NCBI GenBank assembly: GCA_002269645.1
Contig: NIVC01000053.1
Coordinates: forward strand, 1-32,104
Length of the DNA stretch: 32,104 bases
Direction of reading: 5' to 3'
From: Macrostomum lignano
Taxonomy: Eukaryota
The notes under the pieces are model-generated. The model was not told the origin of the DNA, searched no databases, and saw nothing but the letters and a program-made list of their open reading frames with translations. Both the position numbers and the translations under genes were made by a program. Of the stretch, positions 12,776 through 23,018 are shown piece by piece; the first letter of the stretch is position 1; each line of letters starts with the position of its first letter.

Positions 12776-12887
12776 TTTTTCCTCAGTTGACGTAGACGTG
12801 ATTCACGAGTGTTTTCGCTACACGAGCACCGTGCTGACCAGCACCATCGCGTTCCAGACTGAGCGGATGCTGAAGAACCAGACTCAG
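12776..12887 (+). CDS. PDE2A: PDE2 exon, GAF-A end and linker helix (FSSVDVDVIHECFRYTSTVLTSTIAFQTERMLKNQTQ)
   Basis: aaag acceptor required by frame, CAG|GTGAGC donor; matches CFHYTSTVLTSTLAFQ. Confidence 0.95.
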
Positions 12888-12989
12888 GTGAGCGCGTTAT
12901 GAGACGCATTTTCACTCAGCTTCTGACTCCAGAATGACCAGGGCTATCCAGCTTAGCTGTCTGTTCCCTCCCGTCCCACCTGCATCCAG

Positions 12990-13093
12990 GCCTTGCTGCA
13001 GGTGGCTCAGAATATTTTTCGCAAACTGGATGACCTGACCGTTCTGCTCCGGGAAATCATGGCCGAGGCCAGGAATCTCACACAGGCCGAGAG
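12990..13093 (+). CDS. PDE2A: PDE2 exon, GAF-B start ([35 protein letters not shown])
   Basis: tccag acceptor, GTGAGA donor; matches ALLQVAKNLFTHLDD...EARNL. Confidence 0.97.
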
Positions 13094-13106
13094 GTGAGAC
13101 TGGCGG

Positions 13107-15119
13107 CAGGGGAGGGGAGGATCGGGGGAGGTAGGAACAGAGAGGGGAGTTACAGAGAGGGGAGGAACAGAGAGAGGAGGAACAGAGAGGGGAGGAACAG
13201 AGAGGGGAAGAACAGAGAAGGGAGGAACAGAAAGGGGAGGAACAGAGGGGAGGAACAGGGGATGGGAGGAACAGAGAGGGGAGGAACAGAGAGGGGAAGA
13301 ACAGAGAGGGGAGGAACAGAGAGGGGAGGAACAGAGAGGGGAGGAACAGAGAGGGGAGGAACAGAGAGGGGAGGAACAGAGAGGGAGGAACAGAGAGGGG
13401 AAGAACAAAGAGGGGAGGAACAGAGAGGGAGGAACAGAGAGGGGAAGAACAGAGAAGGGAGGAACAGAGAGGGGAGGAACAGAGGGGAGGAACAGGGGAT
13501 GGGAGGAACAGAGAGGGGAGGAACAGAGAGGGGAAGAACAGAGAGGGGAAGAACAGGGAGGGGAGGAACAGAGAGGGGAGGAACAGAGAGGGGAAGAACA
13601 GGGGATGGGAGGAACAGAGAGGGGAAGAACAGAGAGGGGAGGAACAGAGAGGGGAGGAACAGAGAGGGGAGGAACAGAGAGGGGAGGAACAGAGAGGGGA
13701 GGAACAGAGAGGGGAAGAACAGAGAGGGGAGGAACAGAGAGGGGAGGAACAGAGAGGGGAAGAACAGGGGAGGGGAGGAACAGAGAGGGGAGGAACAGAG
13801 GGGAGGAACAGGGGATGGGAGGAACAGAGAGGGGAGGAACAGAGAGGGGAAGAACAGAGAGGGGAAGAACAGGGAGGGGAGGAACAGAGAGGGGAGGAAC
13901 AGAGAGGGGAAGAACAGGGGAGGGGAGGAACAGAGAGGGGAGGAACAGAGAGGGGAGGAACAGAGAGGGGAGGAACAGAGAGGGGAGGAACAGAGAGGGG
14001 AGGAACAGAGAGGGGAAGAACAGGGGAGGGGAGGAACAGAGAGGGGAAGAACAGAGAGGGGAGGAACAGAGAGGGGAGGAACGGAGAGGGGAGGAACAGA
14101 GAGGGGAGGAACAGAGAGGGGAGGAACAGAGAGGGGAGGAACAGAGAGGGGAAGAACAGAGAGGGGAGGAACAGAGAGGGGAGGAACAGAGAGGGGAAGA
14201 ACAGAGAAGGGAGGAACAGAGAGGGGAGGAACAGAGGGGAGGAACAGGGGATGGGAGGAACAGAGAGGGGGGAACAGAGAGGGGAAGAACAGAGAGGGGA
14301 AGAACAGGGAGGGGAGGAACATAGAGGGGAGGAACAGAGAGGGGAAGAACAGGGGATGGGAGGAACAGAGAGGGGAAGAACAGAGAGGGGAGGAACAGAG
14401 AGGGGAGGAACAGAGAGGGGAGGAACAGAGAGGGGAGGAACAGAGAGGGGAGGAACAGAGAGGGGAAGAACAGAGAAGGGAGGAACAGAGAGGGGAGGAA
14501 CAGAGAGGGGAAGAACAGAGAAGGGAGGAACAGAGAGGGGAGGAACAGAGGGGAGGAACAGGGGATGGGAGGAACAGAGAGGGGAGGAACAGAGAGGGGA
14601 AGAACAGAGAGGGGAAGAACAGGGAGGGGAGGAACAGAGAGGGGAGGAACAGAGAGGGGAAGAACAGGGGAGGGGAGGAACAGGGGAGGGGAGGAACAGG
14701 GGAGGGGAGGAACAGAGAGGGGAGGAACAGAGAGGGGAGGAACAGAGAGGGGAGGAACAGAGAGGGGAGGAACAGAGAGGGGAGGAAAGGGGATGAGAGG
14801 AACAGGGAGGGAAGGAACAGGGGAGGGGAGGAACAGAGGGGAGGAACAGGGGATGGGAGGAACAGTGAGGGAGGAACAGGGGAGGGGAGGAACAGGGGAG
14901 GGAGGATCAGGGGAGGGGAGGAACAGGGGAGGGAGGAACAGGGGAGGGGAGGAACAGGGGAGGGGAGGAACAGGGGAGGGGAGGAACAGGGGAGGGAAGG
15001 AACAGGGGATGGGAGGAACAGGGGAGGGGAGGAACAGAGGAGGGGAGGAACAGGGGAGGGAAGGAACAGGGGATGGGAGGAACAGGGGAGGGGAGGAACA
15101 GAGGAGGGGAGGAACAGGT
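13107..15119. repeat. 15-bp purine-rich minisatellite (GGGGAGGAACAGAGA), ~2 kb
   Basis: Direct inspection; source of several 600-750 aa junk ORFs. Confidence 0.98.
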
Positions 15120-15188
15120 GAGGGCTTGAAAACGCAGAAAGAATACGGATCGGAATGAAAAAAAAATCGTTCAACCGCTAAATAACAG

Positions 15189-15276
15189 GTGCTCAGTCTT
15201 CCTACTTGACCGCGAGACCAACGAACTGGTTGCCAAGGTGTTCGATGGACTGCCAACCACATCTAACGAGAAGGAG
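15189..15276 (+). CDS. PDE2A: PDE2 exon, GAF-B (CSVFLLDRETNELVAKVFDGLPTTSNEKE)
   Basis: aacag acceptor, GAG|GTGAGT donor; CSVFLLD..ELVAKVFDG motif. Confidence 0.97.
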
Positions 15277-15476
15277 GTGAGTTGCTTTTGCAGCTCCTTC
15301 TTAACCTGCTTGCCTGCAGTTCAGTTGATCGCATAGTGCAGTTAATCTTAAAATTAACTTCACGCACTCAAACCGTGTTTAAAAAATAGACCATTACTTT
15401 ATTGCACCATTTACCAACTTGAACTAAAGCACTTTGCGCTCGAACTCTTAACTTCAGAGTGAAGTATGTTTAACAG

Positions 15477-15691
15477 TCTTTGATGAGCCGCCACCCTCCC
15501 ACACAATCTTTGATGAGCCGCCACACCCCCACACAATCTTTGATGAGCCGCCACACCCTCCCACACAATCTTTGATGAGCCGCCACACCCTCCCACACAG
15601 TCTTTGATGAGCCGCCACACCCTCCCACACAATCTTTGATGAGCCGCCACACCCTCCCACACAATCTTTGATGAGCCGCCACACCCTCCCA
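15477..15691. repeat. 30-32-bp minisatellite (CTTTGATGAGCCGCCACACCCTCCCACACAAT), ~7 copies
   Basis: Direct inspection. Confidence 0.95.
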
Positions 15692-16454
15692 CGCTGCCCT
15701 TATCAGCTGCGCCAGGACTAAACGCTGTGCCGCTAGACTCCATTTTTTAGTTCCTGGGCACTTGCAACAGATTCAGTAATGATGCACTGGTAAGAAATTA
15801 AACTACTTTAAGTAGTACACACGCACAGGGCATTTATCCAGCTCGTACGACGGACAAAAGTTTTTATGGCGGATTTATTAATCTAGTTTTTAATCTACCT
15901 GATCTCTGGAGTTATTTATTTTTTGTTTCTGTTTTACTATAACAATCCGCGCCTTCCTCTTCTGCTCAGGTTGTTCAGAGAAAAATTCTCTTATCGGATG
16001 GAACAGAAATCGAGGTGCACCCGCTGCGCTGTCTCAGTTTCCATTTTTGTGCTCCCAATTATATTTATGCCCAACGATTGCTTATTTCTCGTAGATCATA
16101 GTTAAGTAGTAATTTAATGTCTGTCTGTTGATTTCATTTGGATTCCAAATGTTGGTCGCATCGGCTTGCTGACCTGGTCTAATAAATCCAAATCTTACCG
16201 TTGTCACCAATATATACTTTAGCTTTTGAAAATCTATTTATTCTCGAAATAACAAAACTTTACGCTGGCTTTGCAACTCTTCTACTAACAGTAGCTGAGT
16301 TAGTAAACAACTTGTAACCATATTTATATTTTGACGTTGTGCGCTTCGAATTTGCTCCGCTTTGTGCTTGAATTCCTTGTACTGTTGTGTATGAGTTCGA
16401 GTGAGGACCGATTTGGGTGCTCACTTCTTTGTCCTGCGGTTTGTGGGTTGTTGT

Positions 16455-16859
16455 GGATAGATAGATGCTGGTGAATAGATGCTGGTGGAAAGATGCTGGT
16501 GGATAGATGCTGGTGGATAGATGCTGTTGGATAGATGCTGGTGGATAGATGCTGTTAGATAGATGCTGTTGGATGGATGCTGTTGGATAGATGTTGGTGG
16601 ATAGATGTTGGTGGATAGATGCTGGTGGATGGATGCTGGTGGATGGATGCTGGTGGATGGATGCTGGTGGATGGATGCTGGTGGATGGATGCTGTTGGGT
16701 AGATGTTGGTGGATAGATGTTGGTGGATAGATGCTGGTGGATAGATGTTGGTGGATAGATGCTGGTGGATAGATGTTGGTGGATAGATGTTGGTGGATAG
16801 ATGCTGGTGGATAGATGTTGGTGGATAGATGTTGGTGGATATATGCTGGTGGATAGATG
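16455..16859. repeat. 14-bp minisatellite (GGATAGATGCTGGT)
   Basis: Direct inspection. Confidence 0.96.
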
Positions 16860-17022
16860 CCTTTAGCTATATGTATACGGTATAAAATAGCTTTAGCTGA
16901 ACGAAATTATTCGATTTTAGCCATTTTTCTCGGAAGAATTCTGAAAAAAAACATTAAGCTGCTACGAACAGTTCACACAGCTAATTACAATATCTGTGCT
17001 CTCCATTTCCTCTCTTCCCCAG

Positions 17023-17083
17023 CAACCAGTGGAGATTCGAATCCCCGCAACCCACGGAGTTGCTGGCTACGTGGCCACCAAAG
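17023..17083 (+). CDS. PDE2A: PDE2 exon, GAF-B (QPVEIRIPATHGVAGYVATK-G)
   Basis: Long pyrimidine tract plus ccccag, GTGAGC donor; EIRIP..G.AG.VAT motif. Confidence 0.96.
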
Positions 17084-17168
17084 GTGAGCAATTTCTTGTC
17101 TGTTAATAAACATTTTTGCTTTAATAATGCAATACAGAAACTCTTAAACCTGATTAAAACTCAGAAAC

Positions 17169-17262
17169 TTTGACCCAAAGTGCCTTTGACCCAAACTGCC
17201 CTTGACCCAAACTGCCTTTGATCCAAACTGCCCTTGACCCAAATTTCCCTTGACCCAAACTG
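17169..17262. repeat. 16-bp minisatellite (CYTTGACCCAAACTGC), ~6 copies
   Basis: Direct inspection. Confidence 0.9.
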
Positions 17263-17357
17263 AAAACTCCTTTGACTGACATTTCTCTTGTATACTTCTA
17301 TAACTCTAGGCATTCAAATCTTTGAAAATATTGCCACCAATTCAAACAAATCCGCAG

Positions 17358-17439
17358 GCGAACTACTCAACATCAAAGACGCTTACTCGCATCCGTTGTT
17401 CTACAGCAAGGTGGACGAGGACACCGGCTTTAGGACTCG
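17358..17439 (+). CDS. PDE2A: PDE2 exon, GAF-B ([28 protein letters not shown])
   Basis: ccgcag acceptor, GTGAGA donor; NI.DAY.HPLF...VD..TGFRTR cGMP-pocket motif. Confidence 0.97.
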
Positions 17440-17534
17440 GTGAGAGCGCCGCTGCGAGTCACTGCTTTGATCTGACTGGGCAATTGCGACAGTCTTTCTC
17501 AGCATTCTGTTTTCATTTTCACCCACCACACAAT

Positions 17535-18267
17535 GCACACACCCTTCATTCACCCACCACCCCATTCACCCACCACCCCATTCACCCACCACCCCATTTA
17601 ACCACCACCCCACTTAACCACCACCCCACTTAACCACCACCCCATTCAGCCACCACCCCATTTAACCACCACCCCACTTAACCACCACCCCATTCAACCA
17701 CCACCCCATTCAACTAACACCCTATTCAACCACCACCCCATTCAACCACCACTCCATTCAACCACCACTCCATTCAACCACCACCCCGTTCAACCACCAC
17801 TCCATTCAACCACCACCCCATTCAACCACCACCCCATTCAACCACCACCCCATTTAACCACCACCCATTCAACCACCACTCCATTCAACCACCACCCCAT
17901 TCAACCACCACTCCATTCAACCACCACCCCATTCAACTAACACCCTATTCAACCACCACTCCATTCAACCACCACCCCATTCAACCACCCCATTCAACCA
18001 CCCCATTCAACCACCCCATTCAACCACCACTCCATTTAACCACCACCCCATTCAACCACCACTCCATTTAACCACCACCCCATTCAACCACCACCCCATT
18101 CAACTAACACCCCATTCAACCACCACCCCATTCAACCACCACTCCATTCAACCACCACTCCATTTAACCACCACCCCATTCAACCACCACCCCATTCAAC
18201 CACCACCCCATTTAACCACTACCCCATTCAACCACCACCCCATTCAACCACCACCCCATTCACCCAC
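17535..18267. repeat. 16-bp minisatellite (CCACCACCCCATTCAA)
   Basis: Direct inspection. Confidence 0.96.
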
Positions 18268-18302
18268 CAATGACGCACACAGTGCAACCCCCCTCTTTCC
18301 AG

Positions 18303-18453
18303 GAACATTCTCTGCTTCCCCATCCAAGACGAGCACGGCACCATAGTCGGTGTGGCCCAGCTGTGCAATAAAATCAAAGCCGCGCATTTCTCTACATTTG
18401 ACGAAGATTTGGCCCGGGCCTTCTCCGTGTACTGCTGCATCGCCATCATTCAC
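18303..18453 (+). CDS. PDE2A: PDE2 exon, GAF-B end ([50 protein letters not shown])
   Basis: ctttccag acceptor, GTGAGT donor; NK..F..FDE motif. Confidence 0.97.
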
Positions 18454-18534
18454 GTGAGTCTGGACTGCGGCTGGAAAAGCGGTGTGAATACTGAGTGATT
18501 GCAGAATGGCAGTCGTGAGTGCAGAGGAACGCAT

Positions 18535-19030
18535 GTGAAATCCAAGCTAGCTGCGTGAATCTAGGGGTGCGAATTTTAAGCTTGGGGCGTGAATGCTAAT
18601 CTAGGGGCGTGAATGCTAAGCTAGAGATGTGAATGCTAAGCTAGGAGCGTGAATGCAAATCTAGTGGCGTGAATGCTGAGCTAGAGATGTGAATGCTAAG
18701 CTAGGAGCGTGAATGCTAATCTAGGAGCGTGAATGCTAATCTAGGAGCGTGAATGCTAAGCAGGGGTGTGAATTCTAATCAAGGGTGTGAATTCTAAGCT
18801 AGATGCGTGAATGCTAAGCAGAGGCGTGAATGCTAGGCTAGGTGTGTGAATGCTAAGCTAGGTGTGTGAATGCTAAGCTAGGTGTGTGAATGCTAAGCTA
18901 GGTGTGTGAATGCTAAGCTAGGTGTGTGAATGCTAACCTAGGTGTGTGAATGCTAAGCTAGGTGTGTGAATGCTAGGCTAGGTGTGTGAACGCTAAGCTA
19001 GGCACGTGAATGCTAGGTGTGTGAATGCTA
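18535..19030. repeat. 20-bp minisatellite (GTGAATGCTAAGCTAGGTGT)
   Basis: Direct inspection. Confidence 0.95.
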
Positions 19031-19096
19031 AACATTCACGTGTGACAGCAGCGGCGCAGATTAAACGGGTGCTGAACTGCCGCCCGCTCTCCGCAG

Positions 19097-19397
19097 TCGC
19101 TGATGTACAAGAGGGTGCAGGCGGCCCAGGCCCGGCACCAGCTGGCCACCGAGCTGATGACCTACCACATGCATGTGCCGAGCGCGCGGTGTACGACCTG
19201 GCGAACGCTCCCGTGCGACGGCTTGACGAATTCTGCCCGCACTTCGACCAGTTCGTGTCGGTGCCCCGGGACATTGTGGAGGCCGACAGCTGCTCAGCGG
19301 TCGTGCAGATGTTTGACGACCTCAAGCTCACCAAAATCTGGCGCATCCGCCGCACCACCCTGGCTCGCTTTGTGCTGCTGGCCAGGAAGGGATACAG
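19097..19397 (+). CDS. PDE2A: PDE2 exon, catalytic domain start (SLMYKRVQAAQARHQLATELMTYHMHVP / ERAVYDL...TLARFVLLARKGY-R); 1-nt frameshift at ~19179
   Basis: ccgcag acceptor, AG|GTTGGG donor. Homology switches from the 19103 ORF frame to the 19006 ORF frame at gtgccgagc. Confidence 0.93.
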
Positions 19398-19405
19398 GTT
19401 GGGAA

Positions 19406-20035
19406 GTGGGCTGGGATTTGGGATTCTATTATGGGATCTTTGATGCATGGGATTTGGGATTTCATTGTGGGATCTTTGCTGAATGGGATTTGCGATTTCA
19501 TTTTGGGATCTTTGATATATGGGATTTGGGAATTCATTTTGGGATATTTTATGTTTGGGATTTCGGATTTCATTGTAGGATTCGAGATTTTATTGTGGGA
19601 TTTGCGATTTAATTTTGGGATTTCGGATTTGATTGTGGGATTTGGATTTGATTGTAGGATTTGGATTTGATTGTGGGATTTCGGATTTGATTTTGGGATT
19701 TGGGATTTCATTGTGGGATTTCGGATTTGATTTTGGGATTTGGGATTTGATTGTGGGATTTCGGATTTGATTGTGGGATTTGGGATTTCATTGTGGGATT
19801 TCGGATTTGATTGTGGGATTTGGGATTTGATTGTGGGATTTCGGATTTGATTGTGGGATTTGGGATTTGATTGTGGGATTTCGGATTTGATTGTGGGATT
19901 TGGGATTTCATTGTGGGATTTCGGATTTGATTGTGGGATTTGGGATTTCATTGTGGGATTTGGGATTTGATTGTGGGATTTGGGATTTGATTGTGGGGTT
20001 CGGGATTTGATTGTGGGATCATAGGTGCATGGGAT
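19406..20035. repeat. 20-bp minisatellite (GGGATTTSGGATTTSATTGT), degenerate at 5' end
   Basis: Direct inspection. Confidence 0.95.
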
Positions 20036-20085
20036 TTGGACTGCCAATGTCTCTGGTGATCCTGCACCCGAACCGCACACCGCAG

Positions 20086-20389
20086 GGACCCGCCCTACCA
20101 CAACTGGTCTCACGCTTTCTCCGTGGCACACTTCACCTACCTGTGCCTGAAGAACCTGCGACTGGACAAGTGCCTGACCCCGCTGGAGTACTTCTCTTTT
20201 CTGGTGGCCTCGCTCTGTCACGACATTGACCACCGCGGCACCAACAACTCCTTTGAGAACTCGAGCGGCTCGGCTCTATCGGGCCTGTACAGCTCCGAGG
20301 GCTCGGTGCTGGAGCGCCACCACTTCTCCCAGACTGTCTGCATCCTCAACCGGGAGGGCTGCAATGTGTTCGAGAATCTGTCTGAAAAG
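20086..20389 (+). CDS. PDE2A: PDE2 exon, catalytic core ([16 protein letters not shown]...[13 protein letters not shown]...LERHHFSQ...NLSEK)
   Basis: Class I PDE metal-binding signature YHN..H and HDxDHxGxxN; ccgcag acceptor, AAG|GTGAGC donor. Confidence 0.98.
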
Positions 20390-20425
20390 GTGAGCGATTC
20401 TCTTGCTATCTGTTTACTTGACTAC

Positions 20426-21233
20426 TCCAGCTTAGTGTTCTGAAATCCAGCTTAGTGTCCTGAAGTCCAGCTTAGTGTCCTGAAATCCAGCTTAGTGTCC
20501 TGAAATCCAGCTTAGTGTCCTGAAATCCAGCTTAGTGTCCTGAAATCCAGCTTAGTGTCCTGAAATCCAGCTTAGTGTCCTGAAATCCAGCTTAGTGTCC
20601 TGAAGTCCAGCTTAGTGTCCTGAAATCCAGCTTAGTGTCCTGAAATCCAGCTTAGTGTCCTGAAATCCAGCTTAGTGTCCTGAAGTCCAGCTTAGTGTCC
20701 TGAAATCCAGCTTAGTGTCCTAAAATCCAGCTTAGTGTCCTGAAATCCAGTTTAGTGTCCTGAAATCCAGCTTAGTGTCCTGAAATCCAGTTTAGTGTCC
20801 TGAAATCCAGTTTAGTGTCCTGAAGTCCAGCTTGGCTTACTGAAGTCCAGGTTGGCTTACTGAAGCCCAGCTTGGCTTACTGAAGTTCAGCTTGGCTTAC
20901 TGAAGTCCAGCTTGCCTTACTGAAGTCCAGCTTGGCTTACTGAAGTCCAGCTTGGCTTACTGAAGTCCAGCTTGGCTTACTGAAGTCCAGGTTGGCTTAC
21001 TGAAGTCCAGGTTGGCTTACTGAAGCCCAGCTTGGCTTACTGAAGTTCAGCTTGGCTTACTGAAGTCCAGCTTGCCTTACTGAAGTTCAGCTTGGCTTAC
21101 TGAAGTCCAGCTTGTCTTACTGAAGTCCAGCTTGTCTTACTGAAGTCCAGCTTGCCTTACTGAAGTCCAGCTTGGCTTACTGAAGTCCAGCTTAACTTAC
21201 TGAAGTCCAGCTTGGCTTACTGAAGTCCAGCTT
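20426..21233. repeat. Bipartite 20-bp minisatellite (TGAAATCCAGCTTAGTGTCC then TGAAGTCCAGCTTGGCTTAC)
   Basis: Direct inspection; unit switch at ~20830. Confidence 0.97.
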
Positions 21234-21283
21234 CAAGATTGCTCAGTTGGCAGTGATCAGCTGGAGTGCCACCCCTCCCTCAG

Positions 21284-21642
21284 GAGTACTCAGCCGTGCT
21301 GGACATCATCCGGGACATCATCCTGGCCACGGACCTGGCGCACCACTTGAAAATCAAGTCTGAAATTGACGCGGTGGCTGAGTCGGGCCCGGACTGGTCC
21401 AAGCAGCAGCACCGCTACCTCATGCTCTGCCTGCTCATGACCGCCTCGGACCTCAGCGACCAGACCAAGGTGTGGAAGAACACCAGGCAGGTTGCCAAGC
21501 TCATCTATCAGGAGTTCTTCAGCCTTGGTGACAAAGAGAAATCGCTGGGCAAGCAGCCGGCGGAGGGCATGGACAGGGACAAGGCGGACATCCCGCAGCT
21601 GCAGGTCAACTTCCTGAACATCATCGCGGCTCCGGTCTACAA
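21284..21642 (+). CDS. PDE2A: PDE2 exon, catalytic (EYSAVLDIIRDIILATDLAHH...MTASDLSDQTK...IPQLQVNFLNIIAAPVY-K)
   Basis: TDLAHH, DLSDQ and invariant Gln/Phe (LQVNF) present; cctcag acceptor, GTGAGT donor. Confidence 0.98.
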
Positions 21643-22016
21643 GTGAGTGGCTAAATTTTGTAAAAATGCTACATCAGTAGCTGAATAGAATTTTTGCACC
21701 AATGCTCGCGTTTCCAATCAAGTCTACTGTAAGTAGTAGGTATCATACCAGGTAAAACAATTGTTGCTTAAAAACATTTTCTAAGGTCCTATTTGTAAAG
21801 ACTAGACACATTTTGGATGAATGAAACTCGTTGAAGAATCGCCAAAATAGTCCTTGCAAACTCTCTAGTGACTCTTGTGACTTTTTAACGACTCAAACGA
21901 CTGCAATGCGATGGAGAGGTGACTGTTGGGTCACGAACGCATGGCATGGGTCGAAAATTCGCAAAAAAAGTCGTTCCAAGAGTCGTGTGCTTAGCTTTCT
22001 ACTAACTTAAGTAGGC

Positions 22017-22353
22017 GGGGGGCCGTAGCCCAGCGGTAGTGCAGCTGCTCTGGTGTGCCAGCGACCCAGGCTCGATTCCAAGTGCAGTCACATTAATTTG
22101 GGGCTGAATTGGAATCTCGGCTTGGCTCTGCTCGTGCCGTTAACGGCCTTGAGAGCCAACCCCCCAAGGCGCAGTGAGTGTACATGCCTAACGATAAAAT
22201 AAAGTTAGGGCGCTGTACACTCCTGTGTGAGTGTGTGCCTGCGTACGTATCGCGCGCTTGTATGCCTGCTCAGGGGAGTCGGCGGAATGGGCAGCAATGC
22301 CTCTCGCCGGTTGTGTGCCTATGTCGCTTAAAGTGCGCCAGGGTGCACACAAA
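22017..22353 (+). mobile_element. tRNA-derived SINE, full length, with 13-bp TSD
   Basis: Pol III box A TAGCCCAGCGG (22026-22036), box B GGCTCGATTCC (22069-22079), short A tail, and identical AACTTAAGTAGGC at 22004-22016 and 22354-22366. Confidence 0.85.
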
Positions 22354-22855
22354 AACTTAAGTAGGCTAACAGAGTTGTTCTAAATTCGAAATGCGATTCT
22401 AATCCATAAAGTGACTCAGATGCGCTTTAGACGCAACTCAGCGATTCTGCAGCGACTCCAGCACGCCGACTCCATGCTGGAGTCCGACTCCACGGCCCCA
22501 GAGCCGGTTCAGAGTCGCAGACGATAAAACGTCTCAAATTCACTCTTTGGCGACTTTTTGACGACTTTGTGGCGACCTGTACCGTGACAGCTTGTCATTT
22601 TCGAGTCGTCTAGAGTCACTTCTTTTCTATTTTACACTGTGTTACCTGCAACCACTCTGGTTTAATTTAGTAATGACAACAGATTTTAGTAATATGTTGG
22701 TGAGCTTTTATTTTCCTGACAGATGTACAAGAATATCTGAAGAGTGTCCGAACATCTTTATAGGAATTATTTCATAATTTTCCTAACTTGCTTACTGTTA
22801 GTAGAGTAGTCAGTGCGATTGCTCACCTGTGCGTCTCTCAACTCGCGTCCCGCAG

Positions 22856-23018
22856 AGCCATGGTGAAGGTGTGGCCAGCCCAGTGCTCGGTGCTCACCAG
22901 CCAGATTGACCGCAACGTCAGTAACTGGCGAATCATCGGCCAGAAGCTGAGCAGCGGCGAGGTGCAACGCTGCGACGCGACCATCTTCGAGTCCCGCCTG
23001 GTGCCAGACGATGAGTGA
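22856..23018 (+). CDS. PDE2A: PDE2 terminal coding exon (AMVKVWPAQCSVLTSQIDRNVSNWRIIGQK...VPDDE*)
   Basis: ccgcag acceptor, phase matches, TGA at 23016-23018; aligns to LLQDLFP...NREHW. Confidence 0.9.

Noticed and set aside
19170-19190. Programmed -1 ribosomal frameshift in PDE2
   Set aside because: There is no X XXY YYZ slippery heptamer at the site. An indel error or mutation is simpler.
22017-22090. tRNA gene
   Set aside because: Box A and box B are present, but I could not build a convincing cloverleaf, and the head is fused to a 260-bp body with TSDs. It is a SINE head.
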